Source of the DNA: an uncultured delta proteobacterium
Lineage (GTDB): Bacteria > Myxococcota_A > Polyangia > Polyangiales > Polyangiaceae
Length of the DNA: 64,000 nt
Direction: 5' to 3'
Assembly: GCA_963850305.1 (NCBI GenBank)
Contig: CAWKKR010000008.1
Location: 1,408,001 to 1,472,000 of the forward strand
Part shown: positions 1-8,822 of the stretch, piece by piece
Position numbering within the stretch: position 1 is the stretch's first letter
Layout: the number at the start of each line of letters is the position of its first letter
The notes under the pieces: generated by a model
The model's database searches: none
The model's input: only the letters and a program-made list of their open reading frames with translations
Told to the model about the DNA's origin: nothing
Position numbers and translations under genes: made by a program

Positions 1-302
1 CTAGCTGGAGAAGGATCTCTCCCAGGAACCAGATGGCGAATTCGAGCAGAAGAGTGAGCATGGTTCGTTCGCCGTCGGGCCTTCACGAGGAGACGACGTC
101 GTTGGTCATGGAAGGGTACGCCGGTCTTCCCGTGGTCACGCTGATCACCCTGGTCATCCAGGAAGACGACGGCACCGTGGCCACCGTTTCCGTGCCCAAC
201 GAGCAAAGTCGGAACATGTTCCGGGCTTGACCCGGGTGGGTCGGGGCCATGACGCGAGCTGCCCGTGGACCCGCCACCCCCTTCCGGGAGATGCTCCCCC
301 CA

Positions 303-680
303 ATGCGCACGGTAGGGAACATCCTCTGGCTGGTCTTCTCCGGCTTCTGGATGGCCGTGGGCTACGGCCTCTCGGGCGCTCTCCTGTGCCTGACGATCGT
401 CGGCATTCCCTTCGGCGTCCAGGCGTTCAAGCTCGCGGGGTTCACCCTCTGGCCGTTCGGGAGGAAGGTGATCGATGCCCCTGGCGGAGGCGGCTGCTTG
501 TCCGTCGGGTTCAACCTGCTCTGGCTCGTCCTCTTCGGCTGGGAGCTGTTTGTCGGCCACCTCGTGACGGGGCTGCTCCTGTGCATCACCGTGATCGGGA
601 TCCCGTTCGGCATCCAGGCGTTCAAGCTGAGCGTCCTGGCGCTCTGGCCGTTCGGGAAGATGATCGTGGAGGACCGGTAG
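303..680 (+). CDS. yccF: YccF-domain inner membrane protein
   Basis: MRTVGNILWLVFSGFW and two copies of LCLTIVGIPFG/LCITVIGIPFG...LWPFG, the duplicated YccF signature; start moved to ATG 303. Confidence 0.85.
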   Translation: MRTVGNILWLVFSGFWMAVGYGLSGALLCLTIVGIPFGVQAFKLAGFTLWPFGRKVIDAPGGGGCLSVGFNLLWLVLFGWELFVGHLVTGLLLCITVIGIPFGIQAFKLSVLALWPFGKMIVEDR

Positions 681-1231
681 TCAGGCCGTGCGCTTCGTCG
701 GGTACATCCCCGCCGTGCTCCGTGGCATCAAGGTCGAGTGGGACATCCCGGTCGAGATCACCGACGAGAATCCGCCGGGCGATGCATCCGCAAGATGAAC
801 TCGAACGTCTTCGCGTCGGTCGGCTTCGACGTCCGTTTCATGTTCAACCTCACCGGCCCGGAACGAGAACATCTCGGACACCAATGCGGGAAGACGTCGT
901 TCATCCGAGGGGCGCGTTGATCTTCGCGAACGAGACCGAGACCTGGTTCTGGGTGCAGGCGGGGGACGAGGAGTGAGCTTGTGGTTCCTGATGAAATATC
1001 AGGGAGCCGTGTACCAGCTCGTGGTCGTCGTCCCGTTGTCGCTGGCAGCGTAGTGAGCCGCGAAGACGGGGGGAGCGGTCGTGATGTCGAAGACGACGAG
1101 AGGCTACGAACCGCTCCCGGCGACGGGCTCGGAATCGGCGGCGGGCCTGTACTCCCGCAGGTCGATATAGCTCACGATGTCGAAGAGCGGACCCAACGTG
1201 AGAACAAGCGTTTCTCCGTCGATCGGCGTCC

Positions 1232-1642
1232 GTGTCACGACGCGACATTCCTTCTGATACTCGTATGTCTCCAGCTTTCGGAAGCGGAAAAGCGACTCGC
1301 GAACGATGTGGCAAGCATCGAAGCTGGGAAACCCTTCGCGAAGGTAAGCGGATCGGCGACGTCCCGTCCTTCGGGGAAGCACTGGCAAGCCGCGAAGAGG
1401 CCCACCGCTTCGACCCTGACACGGGGCCGGTCGTGCTCGAGCTGCCACCAAGGGGAGCTCGAGCTCCGGCCGTGCCCCTCCGCCGATTTGACGAAAACAC
1501 CGAGCTCACGGTCGTCGAGCGTCCGCCGTTTCGGCCTTCAGAGCCGCCGGTTCGTGAGGCGCTGCACCCGTTTGATGACATCGAGGAGAAGACGACCGTC
1601 GATGCAGTGCCGCTCCGTCCGTCCGAGCCGCCGAAGCGGTGA
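1232..1642 (+). CDS. hypothetical disordered protein with FD-x-T-x-V / RPSEPP repeats
   Basis: Three imperfect repeats (RFDPDTGPVV, RFDENTELTVV, PFDDIEEKTTV) and two RPSEPP motifs; start uncertain. Confidence 0.4.
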   Translation: MSRRDIPSDTRMSPAFGSGKATRERCGKHRSWETLREGKRIGDVPSFGEALASREEAHRFDPDTGPVVLELPPRGARAPAVPLRRFDENTELTVVERPPFRPSEPPVREALHPFDDIEEKTTVDAVPLRPSEPPKR

Positions 1643-1750
1643 ATGGCGAGGCGGAGCGCACACGCGAACGCGCGGCGTCGGACTCTGGCGCAATTCGCGT
1701 GGCACCGTCAGTCTCCGTGTCGATCTTTCACACCCGAACGTTGGCAGTGC

Positions 1751-1966
1751 TCAGCCAGTTTCGGTCCGCGACACTCGCGTCCCCCACGATCGGTACTTGC
1801 TCGCAAGCTTGCCCGTTGCGTCGAGGATCCCGACCTTGCGGAGCATCTGCAATTTCTCTTCGCGCGACGGGCGTTCGATCGCGGCAAGAAGATCCTGTGG
1901 CGACCAGACGCCGAGAGCCGCCTGCCGGCCGACGCGCCTCTTCGTGCGTTTACTCGTCTTCGCCAT
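1751..1966 (-). CDS. small basic protein, putative antitoxin/partner of the ART-like gene
   Basis: MAKTSKRTKRR...LRKVGILDATGKLASKY, 71 aa; start overlaps the 3' end of the ART-like gene. Confidence 0.55.
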   Translation of the reverse strand: MAKTSKRTKRRVGRQAALGVWSPQDLLAAIERPSREEKLQMLRKVGILDATGKLASKYRSWGTRVSRTETG

Positions 1967-2470
1967 AGCGTCCGTCCTTCCGCACCGGCCACACTGCGAG
2001 GATGTTGCTCGGCTCGCGCACGCACAGCTGCACGTGAGCTCCCTCGAACACTCCGCTGCGCGTCCAGAGCCTCGGCATCTTCGCTTGTTGTAGCGGCACG
2101 AAGACCGCCCGGCAACTGTCGACCATGCGACCGTCCCGTGCCAAGAGCTCGTAGAGCCAGTTGAAAGCGGCGCAGTCGAGGTACTTGTGATTGTTCGCGT
2201 TCCGAGACGCACGAGGGCCCCGACGACCGCAGCTTCGTCGCCGTACCTCCGATGCGCCCACCACCACGCTTGCTGCGGCGCGAACTCCCAGAAGTAGATC
2301 CCGTGCCCGAGCCAATCGTCGTCATTCTCACTGACACCGAAGGCGTCGCCGCGGATGAGCTTCTTCGCGGTGGACCGTCGTGTACCGTGGAACGCGACGA
2401 GCGTCCGGTCGTAGTCGAACGCGGTTTGTCTCGTCGGCACCTGGGCCGACGCTTGCTTGGACCCGCTCAT
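1950..2470 (-). pseudogene. ADP-ribosyltransferase-like protein (HGT...WLGxGIYFWE family), frameshifted and probably internally deleted
   Basis: Frame 1 AFHGT...SENDDDWLGHGIYFWE...AWWWA...GALVRLG switches near 2200 to frame 2 NHKYLDCAAFN...DSCRAVF...HVQLCVREPSNI. Confidence 0.6.
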
Positions 2471-2484
2471 TGCTTCCGTCCGTC

Positions 2485-2945
2485 CTATCGGGTCACGGGG
2501 AACACGGGCCCGTCCTTCGCTGAGCCCGTGAGGGTCCACCAGAGGTGCAGGACGTTCCGCAGGTGTTCCGGCGTGACGAAGAGCTGTGGATCCATCGTCT
2601 TGTTCCTCGGAGCCCAAGCAGTTTCGAACCTTTCGTCCGGGAACAGGTCAACGTTCCACTTCCAGCGATGAAGGTCTGAGCCGACCCGTAGCCCGCCGAG
2701 GTACCGAGAGCATGTTGCGAGAACTTGTCGCTCGACGACGCCATACCTCCACGAAGGAGATCGAGGATCGTGCCGGAGCGGATGGCTGTACGCCATTTAG
2801 AGCTGCAACTCTCTGTCTGTGAGCACCTCGCGTCGTCGCCGAGGTTCTTTCGGGATGTCCAAGTCCGGCAGGCGCACCGTGACCCATCAGCGACGGCGGG
2901 ATGATTTCGGACGGGGCGGGATTCACGCTGGAGCGCAACACGGAG
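2485..2945 (-). pseudogene. tyrosine recombinase/integrase fragment
   Basis: Reads VRLPDLDIPKEPRRRREVLTDRELQL*MAYSHP...SRYLGGLRVGSDLHRWKW...PRNKT...GPVFP; in-frame TAA at 2797-2799; catalytic Arg (GLR) and Lys (KT) present, HxxR/Tyr half missing; 5' boundary approximate. Confidence 0.65.
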
Positions 2946-2949
2946 GTTG

Positions 2950-3126
2950 CGCTTGGCAGAGCTGCGGGACAGTCTCTTGCTCACGGATGGCGGCCAGCGC
3001 CACCTTGGCCTTGAATGCTGCGCTGTGACGGGTGCGGGTGCTTTTCATGATTTCTGCTCCTTTTTCGAGGAGCAGGCGCCACCTACACCACCTTAGCTGC
3101 TGGTCCGAATTTTGGGGTCCACTTCA
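2950..3126 (-). mobile_element. IS3-family remnant (left end + truncated OrfA)
   Basis: Minus strand begins TGAAGTGGACCCCAAAATTCGGACCA (IS3-type TG end); ATG at 3048 gives MKSTRTRHSAAFKAKVALAAIREQETVPQL, a typical OrfA HTH start, then truncated. Confidence 0.8.
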
Positions 3127-3267
3127 TCGGTCCACTCGTCAACGCGGTCGGGGGGCGCGTTCGTCGATTCAGCGAGATTCATGCCAATTTTGCGGCTGTC
3201 CATGGGGTCCATGTTGAACTACGCTCGGAAGAACCGGGGCTGGTCCGGGGTTGATGGTTGACGAACG

Positions 3268-4038
3268 ATGGTCTGGAAGCTGACCCCCAAGGAGCACCGG
3301 GTGTACCCGCGGAATCCGCTGGTCGCTGTCGTTGCCGACCTCCGGTACCATCCGATCCTGAAGATCGGGAGCAAAGTGCCCGACTTTCAGGAGGCGGTCC
3401 GGAGCGTCTTCACGGAGTACCAGGAGCAGCCTCAGCAGTTCGTCACCGTGCAGCCGTTCGGTCTGATGCAGGTGTCCCAGGGCATGGCGCACATCTTTCG
3501 GAAGAGCAGCGGAACGGCGGCGCTGAGCCTGACTACCACGTCGCTCACGCTGGACTCCAGGCGGCACGCCAGCCGGGACCAGCTCATCTCGGAAGCGTGT
3601 CTCGGCTTCGACGGACTGCTTGGCCTTTACAGCCCAGTCAACGCGATCAGGTTCGGTCTCAGGTACATCAACGTGATCGACCGCCAAGAGATCAATCTTG
3701 CGCTGGGAAGGAAGGTCGCGTGGACGGACCTGATCACGCCGACCTTTTTCTCAGTGCCATCCGGTCTGGCGGACGAGCATGGGACGCTCTACGGCGTCGA
3801 GGTCAGCTCGCCCATGGACGAAGGTGGGCTCACCGTTCGGTACGGACTCATGCAAGATCCGAAGGATGGGCGAGAGAAGTTCCGCTTCGATTCGGACCGC
3901 TACGTCGATGCGCCCGTGGAGCAGAGCCAGATCCGGGCCTTGCTCGCCCGGTTCGCCGACGACATCTATTCCGTGTTCATGGAAGCAAAAGCGCCGGCCT
4001 TGGAAGAGTGGATGGAGAAGGGGGACGCGACATCATGA
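3268..4038 (+). CDS. TIGR04255-family protein
   Basis: YPRNPLVAVVADLRY...IRFGLRYINVI...FRFDSDRY matches the family pattern; 256 aa. Confidence 0.8.
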   Translation: MVWKLTPKEHRVYPRNPLVAVVADLRYHPILKIGSKVPDFQEAVRSVFTEYQEQPQQFVTVQPFGLMQVSQGMAHIFRKSSGTAALSLTTTSLTLDSRRHASRDQLISEACLGFDGLLGLYSPVNAIRFGLRYINVIDRQEINLALGRKVAWTDLITPTFFSVPSGLADEHGTLYGVEVSSPMDEGGLTVRYGLMQDPKDGREKFRFDSDRYVDAPVEQSQIRALLARFADDIYSVFMEAKAPALEEWMEKGDATS

Positions 4039-4370
4039 GCCAAGAGATCGTACCGATGTTCACGCTGGCGCTGTCGTGCAGCATCCCCTTGCAACCGACC
4101 GTCCACCTCGCCATTTCGAGCACCCGTGGCATCGAGACTCCGGCCCCTCCGGATCTCCCCCTGCCGACCTTCTCGACGCCGCCCTCTGGCAGGATGCTCG
4201 TCCACGTTGATTCACGGGAGGCGCTCGTTCGTGCATCCGCCGACCTGGTTCGAGCCCTGGCGACGGCTCTGCCCCAGAACCCGGATGATGAGCGACTTGT
4301 GGCAGCTCGTGTCGCCGAGGTCATGGGTGCCGAGAAGCCGAGGCCACTCAGACGGAGGCTCGGCGGGTAG
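4035..4370 (+). CDS. small hypothetical protein (putative antitoxin)
   Basis: ATG 4035 overlaps upstream TGA (ATGA) and its TAG overlaps the downstream GTG; 111 aa. Confidence 0.65.
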   Translation: MSQEIVPMFTLALSCSIPLQPTVHLAISSTRGIETPAPPDLPLPTFSTPPSGRMLVHVDSREALVRASADLVRALATALPQNPDDERLVAARVAEVMGAEKPRPLRRRLGG

Positions 4371-4951
4371 TGGCCGGGGAAGATGGAAGGTGGCCGCCGG
4401 TCTACGACGCCGACGACCTCGTCGCTCAGATCAAGGAGTTGACGACGCGACCAGACTTCGAGTCGGTCTTCTATGAGTGGCGGCTCGACAGGGCTGTCCA
4501 ACCCCTGACCGATGTCTGTCAGGGCGACGTCGTCAGGCTGGCGAGCGAGGTGCCCGTAATCGGGGATGACGGGCAACCCGGGACGATTTCGAACGCTACC
4601 GGCATGTGGATGGTCCTGGGAAACACGTGTGACTTCGACCGGGACTTCGATGACGGTCCATGGACGCACGTTGCACCCCTCGTGGATCTCGGCGGACCGG
4701 ACGTCGGGCAAACGCTCCGTGATGCTCTCCGGAAGTACAGCCAGTTTAGGCGCTTCTACGCTCCCCCCTGGGCGGACGGGTCAGAGCATCGGTACCACGT
4801 CGTCGAGTTGCCCCTCATGGTCTCCATCGACAAGCGGGCGTTCTCCGGCGTCGCCCAGGTTCAGGCCCGCCTGAGCCGGCCGGCGTGGATCCTGCTCAAC
4901 GCTTGCCTCGTGCGGTTCCTGGCCCGAGACGACGGTCGGTACGCTGCGTGA
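4370..4951 (+). CDS. hypothetical protein, distant PemK/MazF-like candidate toxin
   Basis: QGDVV...WMVLGNTCD...VAPLV...SIDKR order parallels MazF RGDI...VLS...VxP...TIDKxR; fold assignment is inference. Confidence 0.6.
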   Translation: MAGEDGRWPPVYDADDLVAQIKELTTRPDFESVFYEWRLDRAVQPLTDVCQGDVVRLASEVPVIGDDGQPGTISNATGMWMVLGNTCDFDRDFDDGPWTHVAPLVDLGGPDVGQTLRDALRKYSQFRRFYAPPWADGSEHRYHVVELPLMVSIDKRAFSGVAQVQARLSRPAWILLNACLVRFLARDDGRYAA

Positions 4952-4955
4952 CGAG

Positions 4956-4984
4956 GAGTTTTGCCACCAGCCCTGGCAAAACTC
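4956..4984. repeat. perfect 11-bp inverted repeat (terminator or integrase arm-type site)
   Basis: GAGTTTTGCCA-CCAGCCC-TGGCAAAACTC right after the operon stop; GCAAATCCC direct repeat follows at 4998 and 5009. Confidence 0.55.
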
Positions 4985-5085
4985 GGAACCAGCACCCGCA
5001 AATCCCAGGCAAATCCCCGAACGCACCCCTGACCGGGTGCTGGCTCAAGCCGTGGAAATACTTACGTTTCGGGGCTCTCCCGCCA

Positions 5086-5129
5086 GTCTACGGAACCGAA
5101 AGTCGGAAGTTCGAATCTTCCCGGGCGCG
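5086..5129 (+). mobile_element. att site: 3' half of tRNA-Arg(ACG)
   Basis: GT-CTACGGA-ACCGA-AAGTC-GGAAG-TTCGAAT-CTTCC-CGGGCGC-G gives the anticodon loop, T arm and 3' acceptor; no 5' acceptor or D arm upstream. Confidence 0.85.
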
Positions 5130-5398
5130 CAAAGGAAATCACAGGGGATTTCGGCGAGCGCCGAATCGAGCGTGGCAACGAAGCGACGGCCGAGTCGAAT
5201 GAGAGGAAGCATGGGGCGGACGAGCCGCAGAGCCAACAAGACGATGCGGCTGTCGCAAGAGATGACGCAGCGGTGGGGGGCGTCGCCCGAGGCTCGCGGC
5301 ACATGCCGGAAAAGCGCAACTACGGGTCAGGCCGGGACGCACATGAGGGATTGCCCGGCGAGTCAGGGACGTGCACGATCGCCCGTTCGCGTCGTAGA

Positions 5399-6961
5399 TC
5401 AGGGCGTGATGAGTGCTGGCTGCGAGAATGCAGTGAGCGCGGCGTGGTCGGGTTCGAGGACGAATCCGGCGTTGATCACCTCTTCGGCATCGGCTTCGTA
5501 CTGCTGCTGGTAGGCAGCGCGCGTCGGGTAGAGCGCGGTAAGGCGAGCCGTGGGGAGCGGCGTGGTCGAACCGAGGAGGAGGCAAATGAGACTGCTGTTC
5601 GGGCCCGGCGCACCGGAGAGCACCTCGACAGGAACGTCGACCGGCGGCGTCCGGACGCCCCCGAGTGCGATGCCGTCGCCATCACGAAGGACCGTGGCCG
5701 CCCCCGCGTCCGTCACATTCACGCTGAGGCGCGGCGCGATGGGCGGAACCGCACCCGTCCGCAACCACGTTTCGAGGCCTCGAAAGGCGGCCTTGGCGAT
5801 GAGATGCAGGGGGCCGTCGTTGATCGGCACGCCACAGTCGATGGAGCTCGCGGCCGAACCGAGGAGGTGGAGGTCTGCGTGAGACGTGCCGGCGGTTTCC
5901 CAGAGCCGGAATCTGTCGCTGTCCGGCTGGCGTACGACGACCGAATCCAGGATCCCGGTGACGTCGCTCTCCGCTTGCACGTCGATGACCGGGGCGTCGA
6001 GATCGTCGCGGAAGATCGGGTGCGACGGGCTCGTGATCGACGTGGCGAGGTCGGCGGAAGCGCCGGGCCCGACCAGGGGCAGTGCCGTCGCTCCGCGGCT
6101 GTGCACGAAGAAGCCGTCGAACGCGAGAGTGAGCGGCTGCACGCCATCGTAGTACGTCGTGAGCGCGAACGCGGACTGCGACTCGCCGGCGGCGACCACG
6201 AGCCGTGGCTTCACCCCGCCCAGCACGGTTCCACCTGCCAGCAGGGCGCGCGTCACTTGCGTGAAGATGTCGAACGAATAGCCGTCGCCGGGGTGCGCAA
6301 GCGACCCGTACCGGACGGGATCGATCGCTTTCAGTCCCTTGCCTACGAAATTGTCTCCGCCGGGAACGGGTACCGACACCAGCACGGCGCCGCCCTCCAC
6401 ACCGATGATTTGCGCCGAGACGCCGACCCAGATGTGGCCCTGTCGCGTGATCTCTTCCGAGAGGCTGGCGTATTCCGGGTTGGCGTCGACTCCCCCGCTC
6501 ACGTTCAGCCACTCGACAACGACGGTGCCGCTCGCGTCGGCGGCGTTCGCGGGACGCTCGACCAGGACTCGCGTGCGGTAGGCCGCGGTCGTGCTCGGCT
6601 CGAACGTCCAATGGCCGTCGTCCGTGAGGGAGCCCGTCGCCTCGTAGGCCGTTGCCGTTCCCGCCGCGACGTACTCGTGCTCGACGTAGCCGTCGGGGAC
6701 GGTCAAGCCGTTTGCGGCACCGATGAACACGCCGTTCCCTCCGGTGAGCTCCTGCGACATGTCCGCGGCCGGTCCCGCCGGACGCACACGGGGCGCGGGG
6801 CTCGACGCATCCGGTGTCTCGGTCTTCGCCTTCGTGCTGTCCGTGCTGGAGCAAGCAAGCTCGCACATCGCGAGGAGCGCCGTTCCGGCGAGGGCGCGAC
6901 GCGTCGCGGCCCGTCCGATTGTGCGAGAGCCGCGCCGAGCGGTGGCATCCGGGAGTTGCAT
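5399..6961 (-). CDS. secreted lipoprotein alpha/beta-hydrolase-domain protein
   Basis: Lipobox-like ELAC, VVVEWLNVSGG, nucleophile GESQSA, GTSHAD, RDGDGIALGGVR; start uncertain. Confidence 0.8.
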   Translation of the reverse strand: MQLPDATARRGSRTIGRAATRRALAGTALLAMCELACSSTDSTKAKTETPDASSPAPRVRPAGPAADMSQELTGGNGVFIGAANGLTVPDGYVEHEYVAAGTATAYEATGSLTDDGHWTFEPSTTAAYRTRVLVERPANAADASGTVVVEWLNVSGGVDANPEYASLSEEITRQGHIWVGVSAQIIGVEGGAVLVSVPVPGGDNFVGKGLKAIDPVRYGSLAHPGDGYSFDIFTQVTRALLAGGTVLGGVKPRLVVAAGESQSAFALTTYYDGVQPLTLAFDGFFVHSRGATALPLVGPGASADLATSITSPSHPIFRDDLDAPVIDVQAESDVTGILDSVVVRQPDSDRFRLWETAGTSHADLHLLGSAASSIDCGVPINDGPLHLIAKAAFRGLETWLRTGAVPPIAPRLSVNVTDAGAATVLRDGDGIALGGVRTPPVDVPVEVLSGAPGPNSSLICLLLGSTTPLPTARLTALYPTRAAYQQQYEADAEEVINAGFVLEPDHAALTAFSQPALITP

Positions 6962-7164
6962 GGGGATGCTGCCTACTTCACCACGCTGGACGGGGGCGGC
7001 TCAAGATCCTCACGCACACGCGCTCCGCGAGAATCATCCAACCGTCATTTCTCTCATGAGGCAGGGCGAGCAGTCCAGCTAACCGAAGATTCCACGGCGG
7101 TGTCATTCCGGGCGCGGCGGGCGATGAGATGCGTGGTGCAGGAGCTTGGTATATGCTTTTGCAT

Positions 7165-7443
7165 ATGAAGCAATTCCTCGTCGAGCTGGATGAATCTTGC
7201 GCCCGCGACCTGGAGCGCGTGGCGCCATCGAAGAGCCGCAAGCGGTCCGAGTTCGTGCGACTCGCGATCCGTCACGCCGTCGATCTCGCGCTGGATCGCG
7301 AGACGGCAGCGGCGTACGCGCGCCAGCCGATGCCGCTCGGCCCGATCGCGGCGGATCTCGTGGGGTGGGACCCGCACAACGCGCTGGCTCGCCCCATCCG
7401 GAAGCGACTGCGAGGGAAGCGCACCGCCAAGAGTGCCGCGTGA
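7165..7443 (+). CDS. ribbon-helix-helix antitoxin (MazE/VapB-like)
   Basis: MKQFLVELDE...RSEFVRLAI...AAAYARQP; stop overlaps toxin GTG. Confidence 0.75.
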   Translation: MKQFLVELDESCARDLERVAPSKSRKRSEFVRLAIRHAVDLALDRETAAAYARQPMPLGPIAADLVGWDPHNALARPIRKRLRGKRTAKSAA

Positions 7444-7805
7444 TTGCAAAGACGAGGGCGGCCGAGCCACGGCAGTTCGACGTCTTCTGGGCGTCCCTCC
7501 CGGCGCCCGTGGGGCGGCGTCCCGTGCTGCTCCTCGGTCGCACTCCCTCCTTCGAGTATCTGAGCCGCGTTCTCGTCGTGGAGGTTACCACGACGATCCG
7601 CGGCATCCCGCAAGAAGTCGTCCTCGGCAAGCGCGAGGGCCTTCCGCGCCCGTGTGTCGCGAACCTCGACGCGCTCAGAACCATGCCGCGTGAGTTTCTC
7701 GCCGATCGGCTCGGCCGGCTCCGGCACGAGCGGCAGGTCGAGGTCAAACGGGCACTCGGCCACGTCCTCCTCTGGCCGGAGCTCACGGAGCTATCACGTG
7801 AGTAG
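7440..7805 (+). CDS. mazF: PemK/MazF-family toxin
   Basis: DVFWASLPAPVGRRPVLLL...TTTIRGIP.EV...ANLD...LGRL. Confidence 0.88.
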   Translation: MIAKTRAAEPRQFDVFWASLPAPVGRRPVLLLGRTPSFEYLSRVLVVEVTTTIRGIPQEVVLGKREGLPRPCVANLDALRTMPREFLADRLGRLRHERQVEVKRALGHVLLWPELTELSRE

Positions 7806-8002
7806 TTGCCCCGCACGCCAATCGTCAGTTCAAAGGCCAGGAACCACCGGTGTGGTGATCCTGCAACAGTGCGCCGGGTCTGGTCGCGATGTCGTCGCGA
7901 TCGTGTATTCAACCGCCGAGATCGGCGACGACCGTCGCGACCTCATCGGGCCGTCTTCGTGGCACGAGCGTCGGATGGCTCGGATTCAGTGGCAACCTCG
8001 TC

Positions 8003-8366
8003 GGGGTCACGCGTGAACCCGCCGCAATCGAGGGTGAACCGGTCGGGATCCGTCGCCTACCCGGGCGAGGTCAACCATATGACCGAGGCGGGTCTGTGCT
8101 GATCGCGACGGGTTCGCCGCTGACCCGGGGCAGGGCAATGAGTTGACCCAGACGGGTCCATGCATGATCGCGACGGATTCACCGCTGACCCGTCAGGGTC
8201 AATGGGTGGACCCTGGCGGGTCCATGCGTGATCGCGACGGGTTCGTCTCTGACGCGCGACAGGGCAGCGACATGACCTCGATGGGTCCATGGGTGATCGC
8301 GACGCGATCATCGACGATCTCGTCCGGGTCGCTCATGATGCCGACGGATCGCGCATGGACCCCGGC
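8003..8366. repeat. degenerate array of ~21-nt palindromic units with ~65-nt higher-order period
   Basis: Units such as GGGTCCATGCATGATCGCGAC and AGGGTCAATGGGTGGACCCT; GATCGCGACG recurs at 8101, 8166, 8230 and 8295. Confidence 0.75.
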
Positions 8367-8483
8367 GTGGGTTGCCTTCGGTTCCGTCGGAACTACGCGT
8401 GAGCTCGGCGAGGTTGCCGCTCATGTCGACTTCGGCAGCCCTTGAACACCATCGGGTGAGGGCCGGTCCACAGTAACCAGTCG

Positions 8484-8720
8484 TTGCAACTGACGGGGCC
8501 GCCGGTCGAGCTTCTCGCTCGCTCTGGCGCCCGCAGCCGAACCTCTGGGCCCGCCCCCGAGCTTCGACTGTTTCCGCTCGATCGGGAAGCTGCTCGCCGT
8601 GCCCTCGAACGGCTGCTGGCGTGGGACTTCGATCGCGCCGTCATCGCCCACTGCGAGCTGCTCGATCACGAGCCGAAGGACGCCATCCGCGAAGCGTGGC
8701 GGTGGCTCCTCGATCAGTGA
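8484..8720 (+). pseudogene. C-terminal fragment of a DUF4336-like protein
   Basis: DREAARRALERLLAWDFDRAVIAH...AWRWL; no N-terminal part upstream. Confidence 0.6.
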
Positions 8721-8822
8721 CGCTCGTACCTCCGGTCCGTCGTTCTGAGCGCGCGGCACGCTGTTCCCGACACGCAGTCTTCCGCGTCCGCGGTCCGTCG
8801 GCCGATCACGGCGCGGCAGGGC

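Noticed and set aside
33..230. 65-aa ORF at the window start
   Set aside because: No recognisable motif and may be the tail of an upstream gene
688..976. Coding-like stretch (GIKVEWDIPVEITDE / RKMNSNVFASVGFDVRFMFNL)
   Set aside because: Broken across frames and not recognisable; probably a gene remnant, so not annotated
5055..5130. Full tRNA-Arg gene
   Set aside because: No 5' acceptor strand (GCGCCCG) or D arm; only the 3' half is present
8003..8366. CRISPR array
   Set aside because: Repeats are degenerate, the intervening sequences are themselves repeat units, and no cas genes are present
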